Positions 30,768-41,059 of a DNA stretch of 64,000 bases are shown one piece after another. Both the position numbers and the translations under genes were made by a program. A model generated the notes under the pieces. That model saw only the letters and a list, made by a program, of their open reading frames with translations, was not told the DNA's origin and searched no databases. The stretch's first letter is position 1, and every line of letters begins with the position of its first letter. Source of the DNA: Marinicella sp. (GTDB taxonomy: Bacteria > Pseudomonadota > Gammaproteobacteria > Xanthomonadales > Marinicellaceae); contig OZ246001.1 of NCBI GenBank assembly GCA_965230295.1, positions 960,001 to 1,024,000 on the forward strand. Direction: 5' to 3'.

Positions 30768-33700
30768 TTATTCGAAACCATTTGCAAAAATGACATCAGA
30801 TAATGTGGTTGAGGTAAAGGTGTCTGAAACCCCACCAATGGTCACTTCGGTATCTACCGGGGTAAGGATGGTAGATGCTGAGGTGTGTTGTGCCCTGACT
30901 TCATCGCCATCGACCACTGTACCTGGAGTGGAAACAAAAGGCCCTCCATTGATTGAGTAACTACCACCAGTGACAGAGATGGCAACCATTGTATTGATTC
31001 CCGTAACTGTGATGGTGTTGGAGGTTTGTAACGAGTCCGGAGACACATCTGTTGTATCAGTGAAACTGAACGCATCAGGTGTGGCATCTTCAAGCAGAGT
31101 CGTGGAAGAAAAGGTATCACTGACACCGCCAATGGTAAGCTCTGTATCCACCGTGGTGTTGAATGATGACGATGAAGTATGCTGTACAGCCACTGTATCA
31201 CCATCGACCACTGTACCTGGAGTCGAGACAAATGGACCACCATTCACCGAATAACTGCCATCAGTCACAGTAATCGCAACAGATGTGTTGATTCCACTGA
31301 CATTGATCGTATTCGAGGTTTGTAATGTATTCAAGGCCACATCGGTCTGGTCTGTGAAACTGAACGCATCAGGTGTGGCATCTTCGAGCAGAGTCGTAGA
31401 AGAAAAGGTATCACTGACGCCGCCAATGGTAAGCTCTGTATCCACCGTGGTGTTGAATGATGACGATGAAGTATGCTGTACAGCCACTGTATCACCATCG
31501 ACCACTGAGCCTGGAGTCGAGACAAATGGACCACCATTCACCGAATAACTGCCATCAGTCACTGTAATCGCAACAGATGTGTTGATTCCACTGACATTGA
31601 TCGTATTCGAGGTTTGTAATGTATTCAAAGCCACATCGGTCTGGTCTGTGAAACTGAACGCATCAGGTGTGGCATCTTCAACTTCCGTAGTCGATGTGAA
31701 TGTGTCATCAACACCCCCAACAGTCACAACTGTGTCTACAGCTGTACTGAAGGCTGCAGATGATGTGTGGTGAGCTCGCACCATATCACCATTGTTCACC
31801 GTTCCTGGCGCCGTCTCCAAGGGTCCGCCATTGATTGAATAGCTACCTCCGATGACAGTGATTGGAGTGGGTGAATTGATGCCAGTGATGTCGACCGGAT
31901 CAGAATCAATGGTCGCACTCAAAGCCACATCAGTTTGATCTGTAAAAGTGAATGCATCAGGTGTGGTATCAATGTTGTTGATTGCTATGTAGTCTTCAAC
32001 TTCTCCGCTGACCGCCAGGCCAGTTGGGTCTGCTGCTGCCACATCGGAGCTCAACCTGAACCGTGCCATGGTTAACAAGGCTGCACCGCCTGGAGGTGCA
32101 GGAAGTGTCAAGTTGACATCAGCTGCAGTGGTGCCATCTGGTACTGCCACTGTTCCACGTTCAGTGGCATTCTCAAACACCCCATCACCGTCGTAATCGA
32201 TCCAACCGTATAAGGTGGCAGCACCACCAGATGTGTTGGTGACATTGACCGACAGAACCGGTGCTGAAGCCGCAAACTCAATCGCTGCTGCTATGGCATC
32301 TTCATCATCCAGGTTGTTGTTGTCATCGCCATCGGCATCGACTGAAGGTAAGCCATCTGGATCGTTATCTGTCAAGGCACCCAGGCGCATGCCCGCCACC
32401 CGAACATGGGCAGGACCATCGTCAGCACCACGGGTTTGGTAATCAACCAGCATGGTGTCCGTCACAATCTGTCCAAAGACCTCGTTTTCACCATCTACCA
32501 AAGGTGCCGTGTCATCATCGCCATGGAAAGTCACCAATGTGTCACTGTTGGTGCTGTTGTAGGCAACGGCTGCAGTGAAAGCACCAAAGGTTGTCGCTCC
32601 ATCAGGCCCAAAATTGGTTAAGCGCACTTCATCAGTATCAATCACGGTGCCCAGGTTATCGACCCGCCGCACCCAAATTTCATTTTCATTATCAACAACC
32701 TCATCACCCTGGAACGCCACAATGTAATTGTTGGTCACCGGATTGAAGGCCACAGCTGAGTTGGTACCAATGAAACTGGTTGAACCGGCCAATCCCACAT
32801 CACTGATCTGGAAATAGGCACCAGTAGGCAGCCCCGTACTGGCGGTTACCAATTGGCCAAAAACTTCATTCTCGCCATCACTGACCAAAGCATCATCACC
32901 ATGGTAAGTAACGAGAAACTGGTTGTTTCCAGCGTTGTAAGCCAAGTCGGGGTTTGATGCCCTGGACAGGGTCGAACCAACACCTCCGAAAGTGGTTAAT
33001 CGGGTTTGGGTTGCACCGACTGCCCCGCCACCGCCATCGACCCTGCGGCCAAAGATTTCATTTTCGTTGTCAACGCTGCCGTTGGCATCATCATCTGCAT
33101 CCCACACCACCAAAAACTGATCGGTGGCACTGTTCCACTCCAGCTGGGGGTTATTGGCCCTGAAATTGATGCTGGAACCATTGGCACCACCCATCGCACT
33201 GATTTGCATGCGATTACCCAAGGCGCCAAAAGTGGCGGCATTGTATCGTTGGGCAAAAATTTCGTTTTCATTGTCCAAGAGACCATCATCCCCGGTATTC
33301 AGATCGCCGGCCCAAACCACCAAAAATTCATTGCTGGTGGCACTGTATGAAACCCCTGGATCAGCTGCTCGAGATCCTGTGTCACCATCAGAACCCATGG
33401 TGCTGACCCGCAGTTGTGAATCCAGTAAAGTCCCTGTGTTGGAGACAAAGCGGCCAAAAATCTCAAATTTATTGTCGATGGCTGCCACTTGATCACCTTG
33501 CCACACCACCAGATATTCATTGGTGACAGATGACCAAGCCACATCTGGGTTGAAGGCATCTCGATCGGTGTCAGCATCCATGATGGCAAATTGATTGCCG
33601 ATCAATTGTCGAGTATCGCCATCAATGCGTTGTCCCCAAATCTCAAATTCATTGTCATTCACATCATCGGCGACCCAAACAACCAAATACTCATCATCAG

Positions 33701-35606
33701 TGGCGTTATAGGCCACTCGGGAATTGTTAGCACTGCGAGCAGTGTCTCCATTGGTACCAGCAAAACTGATCCTGAAATCATCATCACCGTTTTCCAACAA
33801 CACTTCAACATCACCTGTACCTGTGGCGAAATCAGGCGCATCGCCATAATCTATTTGAATCAACTCATAAGCGCCAATATCAACCAGGGCTGAGCCATTG
33901 AGGTCACCATCAACCACACGGCTGAAGATGCCACCACGTTGATCGGTACTCAGACCACCGATTTGACCGGCATCACCGGCGTCGATGGCTGGACTGGTAT
34001 CGCTCAATGCATGGGTTGGTGTGGGTCCACGATTGTCAGTCAATCCGACCAAATCGGGATCAGACGAGACCGCAATGGTACCGGTAAAACCAGTTTGACT
34101 TTCAATCAAGTTCCCCACACCATTGGCTGTTGCGGTTCCACCTGAAATGGTATTAACCAACACATCATCACCACCGGTGGTGTTGGCCACTATGGTGTTG
34201 TTCAATACAGCCGTTGAATTACCACCATTACCTAAAATGTAGATGGCCCCATCTCCGCTGCCTGAGGTTGTGGTACTGCCTCCACCAGCCACTGCACTGT
34301 CTGTCACTGTCACATGACGCAAGTCTATTGATGCCGTGGTACCACCATTGTTCATGCTGAATATGGCTCCACCCAGGCCATCACCGCCGCCACCATCTGC
34401 CAGTGGACCACCTGGCTGACCGTAAGGGGTCAAACCACCACTGCTGCCACCGGTCGAAGTACTGCCTGAGATGGTTGAATTCCTTACATTTAAAGTTCCG
34501 CCATAGTTAAAAATGGCACCACCGAATGCCGCACCACCGCCGCCATCACCACTGGGTTGGAAAGAATTGCGGTTGGCGCGGCCGTTGGTACCAGATCCAC
34601 CGCCGAAACCACCTGATCCACCAACACCCACGATGCGGGTGTAATTGAAAGAAACCACGCTGCCGCCACCGCCGCCACCGCCGCCAAATCCGCCAGCGCC
34701 ACCATTACCACCGGTACATGTGCCTGAGCCACCACCGGTACACAAAGCACCGCCTCCGCCTCCAGCACCACCGAATAGGCCACCAGTTCCACCAGCAGCA
34801 CCACTTCCAGTTCCTGCACCCGATCGACCGCGACCACCGCCGCCACCGCCACCATCACCGCCTGCACCACCATTGACACCACCGCCATTGGGTCCACCAC
34901 CGGTTCCACCTGTGTTGTTTGAAGACTGGCCGCCCGCGCCACCTGCGCCGCCGCCACCAGAGCCACCATCACTGGCACTGCCGCCGTTACCGCCAGCACC
35001 ACCGGTTGCACTGTTGCCAAATAAGGTTACGCCTTCTAAGTCAACGGTACCTTGATTGAGGATACCACCTCCCATACCGGCACCACCGCCGGCACCAGCC
35101 GTGCGTGACCCTGAGCGACCGCCCACTGCAGAACCATTGCCCAAGGCCAAATTAGAAACGTTCAAAGTCGATCCTGGTTGCACATGGATCAGACGGAAAG
35201 CTGTGTTTGATGTTGCAGTCCGTTCTACTGTGACGCCATTGTCGCCAGATGGACCATTGATATCGATGCTGGTGTTGTTGCCTATGATGAAAGCCGTTGG
35301 TCCATATTCACCATTGTTTAACCCATCATTCACTTCCGAAAGTGTAATGGTCACATCACCATTGGCCACCAGAGCCGCAGCAAAGTTGATTGTATGACTA
35401 CCACCCAATGCAACCGATTCTTCGATGGCAGCCCGCAATGAAACACGGCCGGCTGCATCAGCTGCTGTGCCATCACCCGGGTTGGCGTCGACCGTATCCA
35501 GCACGGTATCTACATTAAAAGTTGCGGCTTGCGCACCGCCACCCATCAACCCAACCATCAATCCAACATACAGACGGTTTAAGGGTAAAGATTTTTTATT
35601 TGACAT
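30768..35606 (-). CDS. Giant secreted surface protein: CSLREA-like N-terminus, Gly-rich region, choice-of-anchor-Q-like segment, beta-propeller-like repeats, GEVED domain, four ~98-aa repeats
   Basis: Signal peptide and VSLRAAIEES. Long GGxGG tract. PTPTHAL..SPAIDAG..DQRG..DIGAYE. DYGDAP, GWIDYDGDG and GEVEDY. Ends DVIFANGFE. Confidence 0.88.
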   Translation of the reverse strand: MSNKKSLPLNRLYVGLMVGLMGGGAQAATFNVDTVLDTVDANPGDGTAADAAGRVSLRAAIEESVALGGSHTINFAAALVANGDVTITLSEVNDGLNNGEYGPTAFIIGNNTSIDINGPSGDNGVTVERTATSNTAFRLIHVQPGSTLNVSNLALGNGSAVGGRSGSRTAGAGGGAGMGGGILNQGTVDLEGVTLFGNSATGGAGGNGGSASDGGSGGGGAGGAGGQSSNNTGGTGGGPNGGGVNGGAGGDGGGGGGGRGRSGAGTGSGAAGGTGGLFGGAGGGGGALCTGGGSGTCTGGNGGAGGFGGGGGGGGSVVSFNYTRIVGVGGSGGFGGGSGTNGRANRNSFQPSGDGGGGAAFGGAIFNYGGTLNVRNSTISGSTSTGGSSGGLTPYGQPGGPLADGGGGDGLGGAIFSMNNGGTTASIDLRHVTVTDSAVAGGGSTTTSGSGDGAIYILGNGGNSTAVLNNTIVANTTGGDDVLVNTISGGTATANGVGNLIESQTGFTGTIAVSSDPDLVGLTDNRGPTPTHALSDTSPAIDAGDAGQIGGLSTDQRGGIFSRVVDGDLNGSALVDIGAYELIQIDYGDAPDFATGTGDVEVLLENGDDDFRISFAGTNGDTARSANNSRVAYNATDDEYLVVWVADDVNDNEFEIWGQRIDGDTRQLIGNQFAIMDADTDRDAFNPDVAWSSVTNEYLVVWQGDQVAAIDNKFEIFGRFVSNTGTLLDSQLRVSTMGSDGDTGSRAADPGVSYSATSNEFLVVWAGDLNTGDDGLLDNENEIFAQRYNAATFGALGNRMQISAMGGANGSSINFRANNPQLEWNSATDQFLVVWDADDDANGSVDNENEIFGRRVDGGGGAVGATQTRLTTFGGVGSTLSRASNPDLAYNAGNNQFLVTYHGDDALVSDGENEVFGQLVTASTGLPTGAYFQISDVGLAGSTSFIGTNSAVAFNPVTNNYIVAFQGDEVVDNENEIWVRRVDNLGTVIDTDEVRLTNFGPDGATTFGAFTAAVAYNSTNSDTLVTFHGDDDTAPLVDGENEVFGQIVTDTMLVDYQTRGADDGPAHVRVAGMRLGALTDNDPDGLPSVDADGDDNNNLDDEDAIAAAIEFAASAPVLSVNVTNTSGGAATLYGWIDYDGDGVFENATERGTVAVPDGTTAADVNLTLPAPPGGAALLTMARFRLSSDVAAADPTGLAVSGEVEDYIAINNIDTTPDAFTFTDQTDVALSATIDSDPVDITGINSPTPITVIGGSYSINGGPLETAPGTVNNGDMVRAHHTSSAAFSTAVDTVVTVGGVDDTFTSTTEVEDATPDAFSFTDQTDVALNTLQTSNTINVSGINTSVAITVTDGSYSVNGGPFVSTPGSVVDGDTVAVQHTSSSSFNTTVDTELTIGGVSDTFSSTTLLEDATPDAFSFTDQTDVALNTLQTSNTINVSGINTSVAITVTDGSYSVNGGPFVSTPGTVVDGDTVAVQHTSSSSFNTTVDTELTIGGVSDTFSSTTLLEDATPDAFSFTDTTDVSPDSLQTSNTITVTGINTMVAISVTGGSYSINGGPFVSTPGTVVDGDEVRAQHTSASTILTPVDTEVTIGGVSDTFTSTTLSDVIFANGFE
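31061..31679 (-). repeat. Near-identical 294-bp intragenic tandem repeats
   Basis: TGAAACTGAACGCATCAGGTGTGGCATCTTC recurs at 31061, 31355 and 31649. More diverged units flank them. Confidence 0.9.
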
Positions 35607-36020
35607 TTATGCCCCCTGACTATGATTGTAAAGTTAATGAATTATTCTAGCATAATAAATGATGACTTCATGACAGATTGATTCAACAAAATGATAAATT
35701 TATCTGGATTTTTGCGATATGCTCACAGAAAAGTTTTCTCGATCATTGACAGCTTTACAGACCCAACTTTCATAACACCACTTTCTACAATCACCCAAGC
35801 CCATGAACGGCTTGATTTGTTCTTATCAAATCTGATTCTTTTAAAATTTCTCATGTCATTTTAATGGTAAATAGAAACGTACATTTGGTCTGTGAAACCT
35901 GTTATGGTCACAATCGGTTTATCTTTGGTTTATTGATCACTTATGCCCCGACTGTGTTGATTAAGATCATGATCGATTCTTATTGAAGCCAAGAACTCAG
36001 GAAGTGTTTTTTATTGAAAA

Positions 36021-36494
36021 TCATAGCAGCTCTCTTTTGGCCACCAACACACCATCGGCATCGGCATAAACCCAATCACCTGGCTTGAACCACACTCCAC
36101 CAAAATGAACGGGAATGCCGACGGTGCCTTCACCGGTTTTGGCACTCTTCTTTGGAGACGTGCCCAGACAGCGAACCGCCACATCCATGGCATCCACTTC
36201 TTCGCAATCACGGATTGCACCGTTGATGATGATGCCGGCCCAATTATTGTCCATCAAAATGCCTGCAATGATGTCTCCCAAAATGGCCAAGCGCGTTGAA
36301 CCACCACCATCAACCACCAACACCCGACCTTCGCCTGGTTGGCTCAACTCGGCCTTCAACAGCACGTTGTCTTCAAAGGACTTGACCGTTTGAATTGGCC
36401 CAGAAAAGGATGTTCGTTGGCCAAATTTAATAAACGGCAGGTGACAAAATTCAACTTCATCATTGAAGTCATCAACCAGATCAGCAGTTTTCAT
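36021..36494 (-). CDS. rraA: RraA family protein (RNase E regulator / HMG aldolase-like)
   Basis: FEDN, GRVLVVDGGGS, AILGD, GAIRD and YADADG. Confidence 0.88.
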   Translation of the reverse strand: MKTADLVDDFNDEVEFCHLPFIKFGQRTSFSGPIQTVKSFEDNVLLKAELSQPGEGRVLVVDGGGSTRLAILGDIIAGILMDNNWAGIIINGAIRDCEEVDAMDVAVRCLGTSPKKSAKTGEGTVGIPVHFGGVWFKPGDWVYADADGVLVAKRELL

Positions 36495-36650
36495 GTGGTC
36501 ATTTCTCCTCGTACTTTAGTCGTCTTCGATTTTGACAGGTTGTTTTGAGTCCATATTATCTGGTTTCAAATTTGACGCAAGTCGCTTTACTGGAATTTCT
36601 AGTACCTTAGAACAGGTAAGATCACCTTCCAACCACTTAACAAATCAATT

Positions 36651-37919
36651 TTATTCTGAACTTTTATCCTCATTACCAGTAATGATCCTGGCCCCACGTT
36701 TAAAGGAAAAATAATGCCAAGCCCAGTTCATCATCACACTCAGGCGGTTTTTGAAACCAATCAAAAAGAACACATGAGCCCCACCCCACAACAACCAGGC
36801 CATTAAACCACTCAGCTTTATAAAACCCAGATCAGCAACCGCTGCTTTGCGGCCAATGGTGGCCATGTTGCCGTAATTTTTGTACTTAAACGGTTTTGGC
36901 TTGGTTTTCTTGTCCAGTGTCTTTTTGATGACTTTACTCACGTACTTACCCATCTGTTTGGCTGCCGGCGCCACCCCTGGAACAGCTACCTCATTGGCGT
37001 CCAACACCTGTGCAGTGTCACCAATGACAAATACATTGGGGTGGTCCGTTAAACTCAAGTCTGGTTCAACCAACACCCTGCCTGCCCTGTCTGATTCAAC
37101 CCCCAACCATTGACTGGCAGCGGAAGCTTTTACACCAGCGGCCCAGATGATGTTATTGGCTGAAATCTCTGTATCAGCGGCTTTGACACCATGAACATCA
37201 CAGTCCGTTACCATAAAATTCAACCTGACCTCAACACCCAATTTTTGCAATTGTGACAATGCTTTTTCAGACAGCTTTGGGGGAAATGCTGCCAGTAGGC
37301 GATCACCTGCCTCCAGCAAAATAACCTGAGCCGTGCTGGGGTCAATGTGGCGAAAATCTTCTGTCAATGTCTTGTTGGCCAACTCTGCAATGGCACCTGC
37401 CATCTCAACCCCAGTAGGGCCTCCACCAATCACACAAAAAGTCATCAACCTTTTTCTTTCAATGGCATCCTGGCACAATTCTGCCTGCTCAAATGCCAGC
37501 AAGATTTTTTTCCTGATGGTGGTGGCATCATCTAAGTCCTTCAGCCCAGGTGCGTGAGTCTGCCAGTCATCATGGCCAAAATAAGAATGTCTGGCTCCAG
37601 TAGCCACAACCAGATAATCGAAAGGAATCTTCTTGGTTTTTGTTTGGACCACCTGTTGACTCAAATCCACAGCGGTGACCTTACCCATCAAAACCTGACA
37701 ATTCTTTTGTCGACTCAGCACCTGTCTGACAGGAACTGAGATGTCAGCAGGGGATAAACCTGCCGTAGCCACCTGGTAGAGTAAGGGTTGAAACAAATGG
37801 TAATTGTATTGATCAATGATGGTCACTTGCACATCCGCCTTTTTCAGCGCTTTGGCTGCATTTAAACCACCAAAGCCTGCACCGATGATCACCACTTGTC
37901 TCTTTTGGTTTGCGTTCAT
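36651..37919 (-). CDS. ndh: Type II NADH dehydrogenase
   Basis: GAGFGG, HLFQPLLYQVAT, GGGPTGVEMAG, IWAAGV and MATIGR. Confidence 0.88.
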   Translation of the reverse strand: MNANQKRQVVIIGAGFGGLNAAKALKKADVQVTIIDQYNYHLFQPLLYQVATAGLSPADISVPVRQVLSRQKNCQVLMGKVTAVDLSQQVVQTKTKKIPFDYLVVATGARHSYFGHDDWQTHAPGLKDLDDATTIRKKILLAFEQAELCQDAIERKRLMTFCVIGGGPTGVEMAGAIAELANKTLTEDFRHIDPSTAQVILLEAGDRLLAAFPPKLSEKALSQLQKLGVEVRLNFMVTDCDVHGVKAADTEISANNIIWAAGVKASAASQWLGVESDRAGRVLVEPDLSLTDHPNVFVIGDTAQVLDANEVAVPGVAPAAKQMGKYVSKVIKKTLDKKTKPKPFKYKNYGNMATIGRKAAVADLGFIKLSGLMAWLLWGGAHVFFLIGFKNRLSVMMNWAWHYFSFKRGARIITGNEDKSSE

Positions 37920-38250
37920 GCTGTTTCCTAATGGTTAATAACGGGTGGCTGATTTGATTTAATCAGTGCCCGCATTGCATCAGATCGATAAAAAGCCGTG
38001 TCCTTTATTTTACCAGTTAATCGCAGTTCATACTCTATCTTCATGGCACTGGCCACATCATCAACCGCAACAGCAAGGCAAAAATACACCATTGAACCCG
38101 CCTACTAAAACTGCGACAGGGAGGAAATCGAAACCAGTTTGTTCACCGTACATGTAGCGGACCAATCAATGGAAATAAAGATGTGCGTTATTTTACCACT
38201 GCATGACGGCTGTATGTCACATGACTCTCGACACACTCGACCAGAATGTT

Positions 38251-39465
38251 TTAACTGTTGGAATTAAACACCCCTGCACTTTGTGGTCCGTTAAAGCCCG
38301 GGAATACTGTTGTTAAGTCAGTGGCAGACAATCGATTGATCAAAGCATCTGAAAGCACCGTGCGGTAATCGGTGGTGATCGCCAAATCTCCGTTGTACAA
38401 ATTCTGGTTCGCCAAGCCTGGCCAGTCAGTAATGACCTGCCCACCATTGACCCCACCACCCATGGCGAACATCACCGAGCCATGACCATGATCGGTTCCC
38501 AATGATGCATTCTCAGCCACGCGCCTGCCAAATTCAGTCATGGTGATTACGGTGACGCCAGCCATGTTGGCACCTAAATCTGTATAAAAAGCTGCCATGG
38601 TGTTGGCAAAATCATTCGACAGCGGCGTCAAAGCAGCTTCAAGCTGATCGTGGTGATCCCAGCCACCCACATCAACGCAGGCCACTTGTAAACCGATGCC
38701 TGATTTGATCAGTTGCGCGACTTGTTGCATGTCACTGCCAAATGGTGAAGGTGGGTATTCGGCACCGTTATCAACCGCAATTGAGCCCGGATCCGCAGCC
38801 TTCAACTCATCCACCGAAGCCAGGATGTTATTGGATGCGGTGTCAATGTCAGCCGATTGATTGAATAAGTCTGTGATGGCAGCTCGCAAAGGGTCCTCAT
38901 CAGCAGGGTGGGTGTTCAAGTTGTAGCCCTCAATGGAATTCATCCCAACCACAGGATAATCACCTTGCAGCGCCAGTTGCACCTGGCCGAAACCCACACC
39001 CTGAAAGGTGGATGCAGGGGCAGATAAAGTCGACAGGTATCGGTTCAACCACCCATCAGGTGTGGTGTTGACACCCGGCGTTCCAAACTCCATGAAATCC
39101 TGGGCTTCAAAATGCGAACGTGACGGGTCCGGTGACCCCACGGCATGAACGATGGCCAAGTCACCGGCATCATAAATGGGTTTTAATGATACCATGTTGG
39201 GATTCAGGCCAAAGAATCCATCCAAATTGATCGCACCACCTGATTGTCCTGGTTGCGCAATGGCTATGTTGGGCCGATTGACATAATAATTGGCATCACC
39301 ATAAGGCACCACCAAATTCAGTCCATCGGCCGCCCCTCTCTGGTAGACACAAACCAACACATCTTGAGCGGATGATTGTTGGTTTTGGCCGAACACCAAA
39401 CGGGGTGTAATCAAGGGCACTGCTGCCAGTCCGGAGGCTTTTAAAAATGTTCTTCTTTTCATCAC
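38251..39465 (-). CDS. DUF1501 domain protein with Tat signal
   Basis: KRRTFLK twin-arginine signal, RGAADGL, RSHFEAQ, GGWDHH, TEFGRR and GTDHG. Confidence 0.9.
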   Translation of the reverse strand: MMKRRTFLKASGLAAVPLITPRLVFGQNQQSSAQDVLVCVYQRGAADGLNLVVPYGDANYYVNRPNIAIAQPGQSGGAINLDGFFGLNPNMVSLKPIYDAGDLAIVHAVGSPDPSRSHFEAQDFMEFGTPGVNTTPDGWLNRYLSTLSAPASTFQGVGFGQVQLALQGDYPVVGMNSIEGYNLNTHPADEDPLRAAITDLFNQSADIDTASNNILASVDELKAADPGSIAVDNGAEYPPSPFGSDMQQVAQLIKSGIGLQVACVDVGGWDHHDQLEAALTPLSNDFANTMAAFYTDLGANMAGVTVITMTEFGRRVAENASLGTDHGHGSVMFAMGGGVNGGQVITDWPGLANQNLYNGDLAITTDYRTVLSDALINRLSATDLTTVFPGFNGPQSAGVFNSNS

Positions 39466-39475
39466 GTTCTCCTGA

Positions 39476-41059
39476 TCAGCGTTGTTGAAAATAGCGAGAT
39501 GCCAACAGCGCCGCTAACACCGCACGGGCACTGGCCAGAGCCTGATCCAAGGGCAAAGGCATGGTTACTGAGCCACCATTGGCTGCCAGGTTAATCAAAG
39601 CATCGCGGTCATTCTGGTTGATTCTAAAATGCAAGATTTGCTCTATCATGCGGTCAGTGATGGCAGCCGCTGTGCGCGCTGAGCCCAACATTTGCAGAAC
39701 CGGGATTTGTAAAAAATCGGCAGCCACCGGGCCATCGTAATTGGTGTTGTCATCGTCCACATTGCGTCCCAAACCTAAATCACCAAAGCCAATGGCAAAC
39801 CCCAAATTCCAACGATCTAACAAGGCATTGGTGTTCAGCCATGAACTGGCTTCATCGCTGTAACCGGTTGGCGCCGGATAGGCAAACGGCGTTTGACCCA
39901 GGTTACGAACCTGGCGATACAAGAACTCAAATGAGCGGTTGGTATTGACCGGCTGTAATGACCTGAACATGGAGAGCACATACTCAATGGGACGCTTGAA
40001 TTTTTGACCCGCAGCCTTGGCAAACTCTGCATGCTTGAACAGGGTTCTTAGGCACGCCTTGATGTCACCATCGGTGGTCACAAAGGTCGCTGCAACTGCA
40101 TCAATGGCCGCTTGCGGTGGCACATCGCTGATAAATCGTTTACACATTTTTTTGGCAATGAATGAAGCTGTGGCCGGATGGCTGGCCAACATGTCCAGCA
40201 CCGCTTCACCGTCTTCAATACCGCCTCCGGCCGGTATTGCTTGACCCAAAACGGTCTTACTGCCGGTGTCATGGTTCAGGGCAAAGAAATAAAACAGGTC
40301 TTCAGCTTGTTCAGTGATGGTCCAGCCAGTAAAACAGCGGGCCACTTCTTTAACGTCCTCTTCAGTGTAGCCACCATCAACGCCCAATGTATGAAGCTCC
40401 ATCAACTCTCGGGCATAATTTTCATTGGGTCCTTCAGCCGTGTTGGAAAATCCATCCAGATAAAACAACATCACAGGGCTTTTGGCATTGGCATGCAACA
40501 AGTCTCTGAATCGGCCCAAAGCATGAGGGCGAATGTTGTCTCGATCATCGATACCTTTCAACACCTGAATGGGGCCATCGAACAGATTCACATTAAAATG
40601 GTTGGTCCAGAACTCAACCATGGTTTCATACAGTTGTGTGGGGTTATAGGCAGCCCGAATTAAAGTCCCTGCGATGAGCTCGAAACCAGGATTGAATTCA
40701 TTGTCAGTCCGCGAACGCTCTATCACTTCTGCATATGACATTTGCAATGAAGGCAGCACCTGGTTCAACAATTGGTCTACTGCACTGGTGTCCATATCAT
40801 CCCAGGCCAACTGGTACTCAAGATAATCTTCCAACCCCATACCCTGAGCCAAAGCCAGTTCATTGGCTGAAAACCCATAACTGGTGCGATTCAAGAAATG
40901 GACCATTAAATCTGGCTGTTCTCCCAATTGCAAAGATTTGTGGTTGTCATTGGACATGGCAGGTAATTTGCCCATGCCGGTTTTGGCCAGCATGTGTGAA
41001 ATGTTTTTGATTTGTTGCTGCTGTGTCATTTTGGCTTGCATCATCGTTGCTTTTATCAT
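39476..41059 (-). CDS. DUF1800 domain protein
   Basis: HFLNRTSYG, FWTNHF, PNENYARELMELHTLG, VARCFTGW and HPATASFI. The start is taken at the ATGA overlap (41059). Confidence 0.9.
   Translation of the reverse strand: MIKATMMQAKMTQQQQIKNISHMLAKTGMGKLPAMSNDNHKSLQLGEQPDLMVHFLNRTSYGFSANELALAQGMGLEDYLEYQLAWDDMDTSAVDQLLNQVLPSLQMSYAEVIERSRTDNEFNPGFELIAGTLIRAAYNPTQLYETMVEFWTNHFNVNLFDGPIQVLKGIDDRDNIRPHALGRFRDLLHANAKSPVMLFYLDGFSNTAEGPNENYARELMELHTLGVDGGYTEEDVKEVARCFTGWTITEQAEDLFYFFALNHDTGSKTVLGQAIPAGGGIEDGEAVLDMLASHPATASFIAKKMCKRFISDVPPQAAIDAVAATFVTTDGDIKACLRTLFKHAEFAKAAGQKFKRPIEYVLSMFRSLQPVNTNRSFEFLYRQVRNLGQTPFAYPAPTGYSDEASSWLNTNALLDRWNLGFAIGFGDLGLGRNVDDDNTNYDGPVAADFLQIPVLQMLGSARTAAAITDRMIEQILHFRINQNDRDALINLAANGGSVTMPLPLDQALASARAVLAALLASRYFQQR

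Noticed and set aside
34645-35397. Proline-rich ORFs on the + strand
   Set aside because: They are antisense shadows of the Gly-rich (GGN) codons of the 30768-35606 gene.
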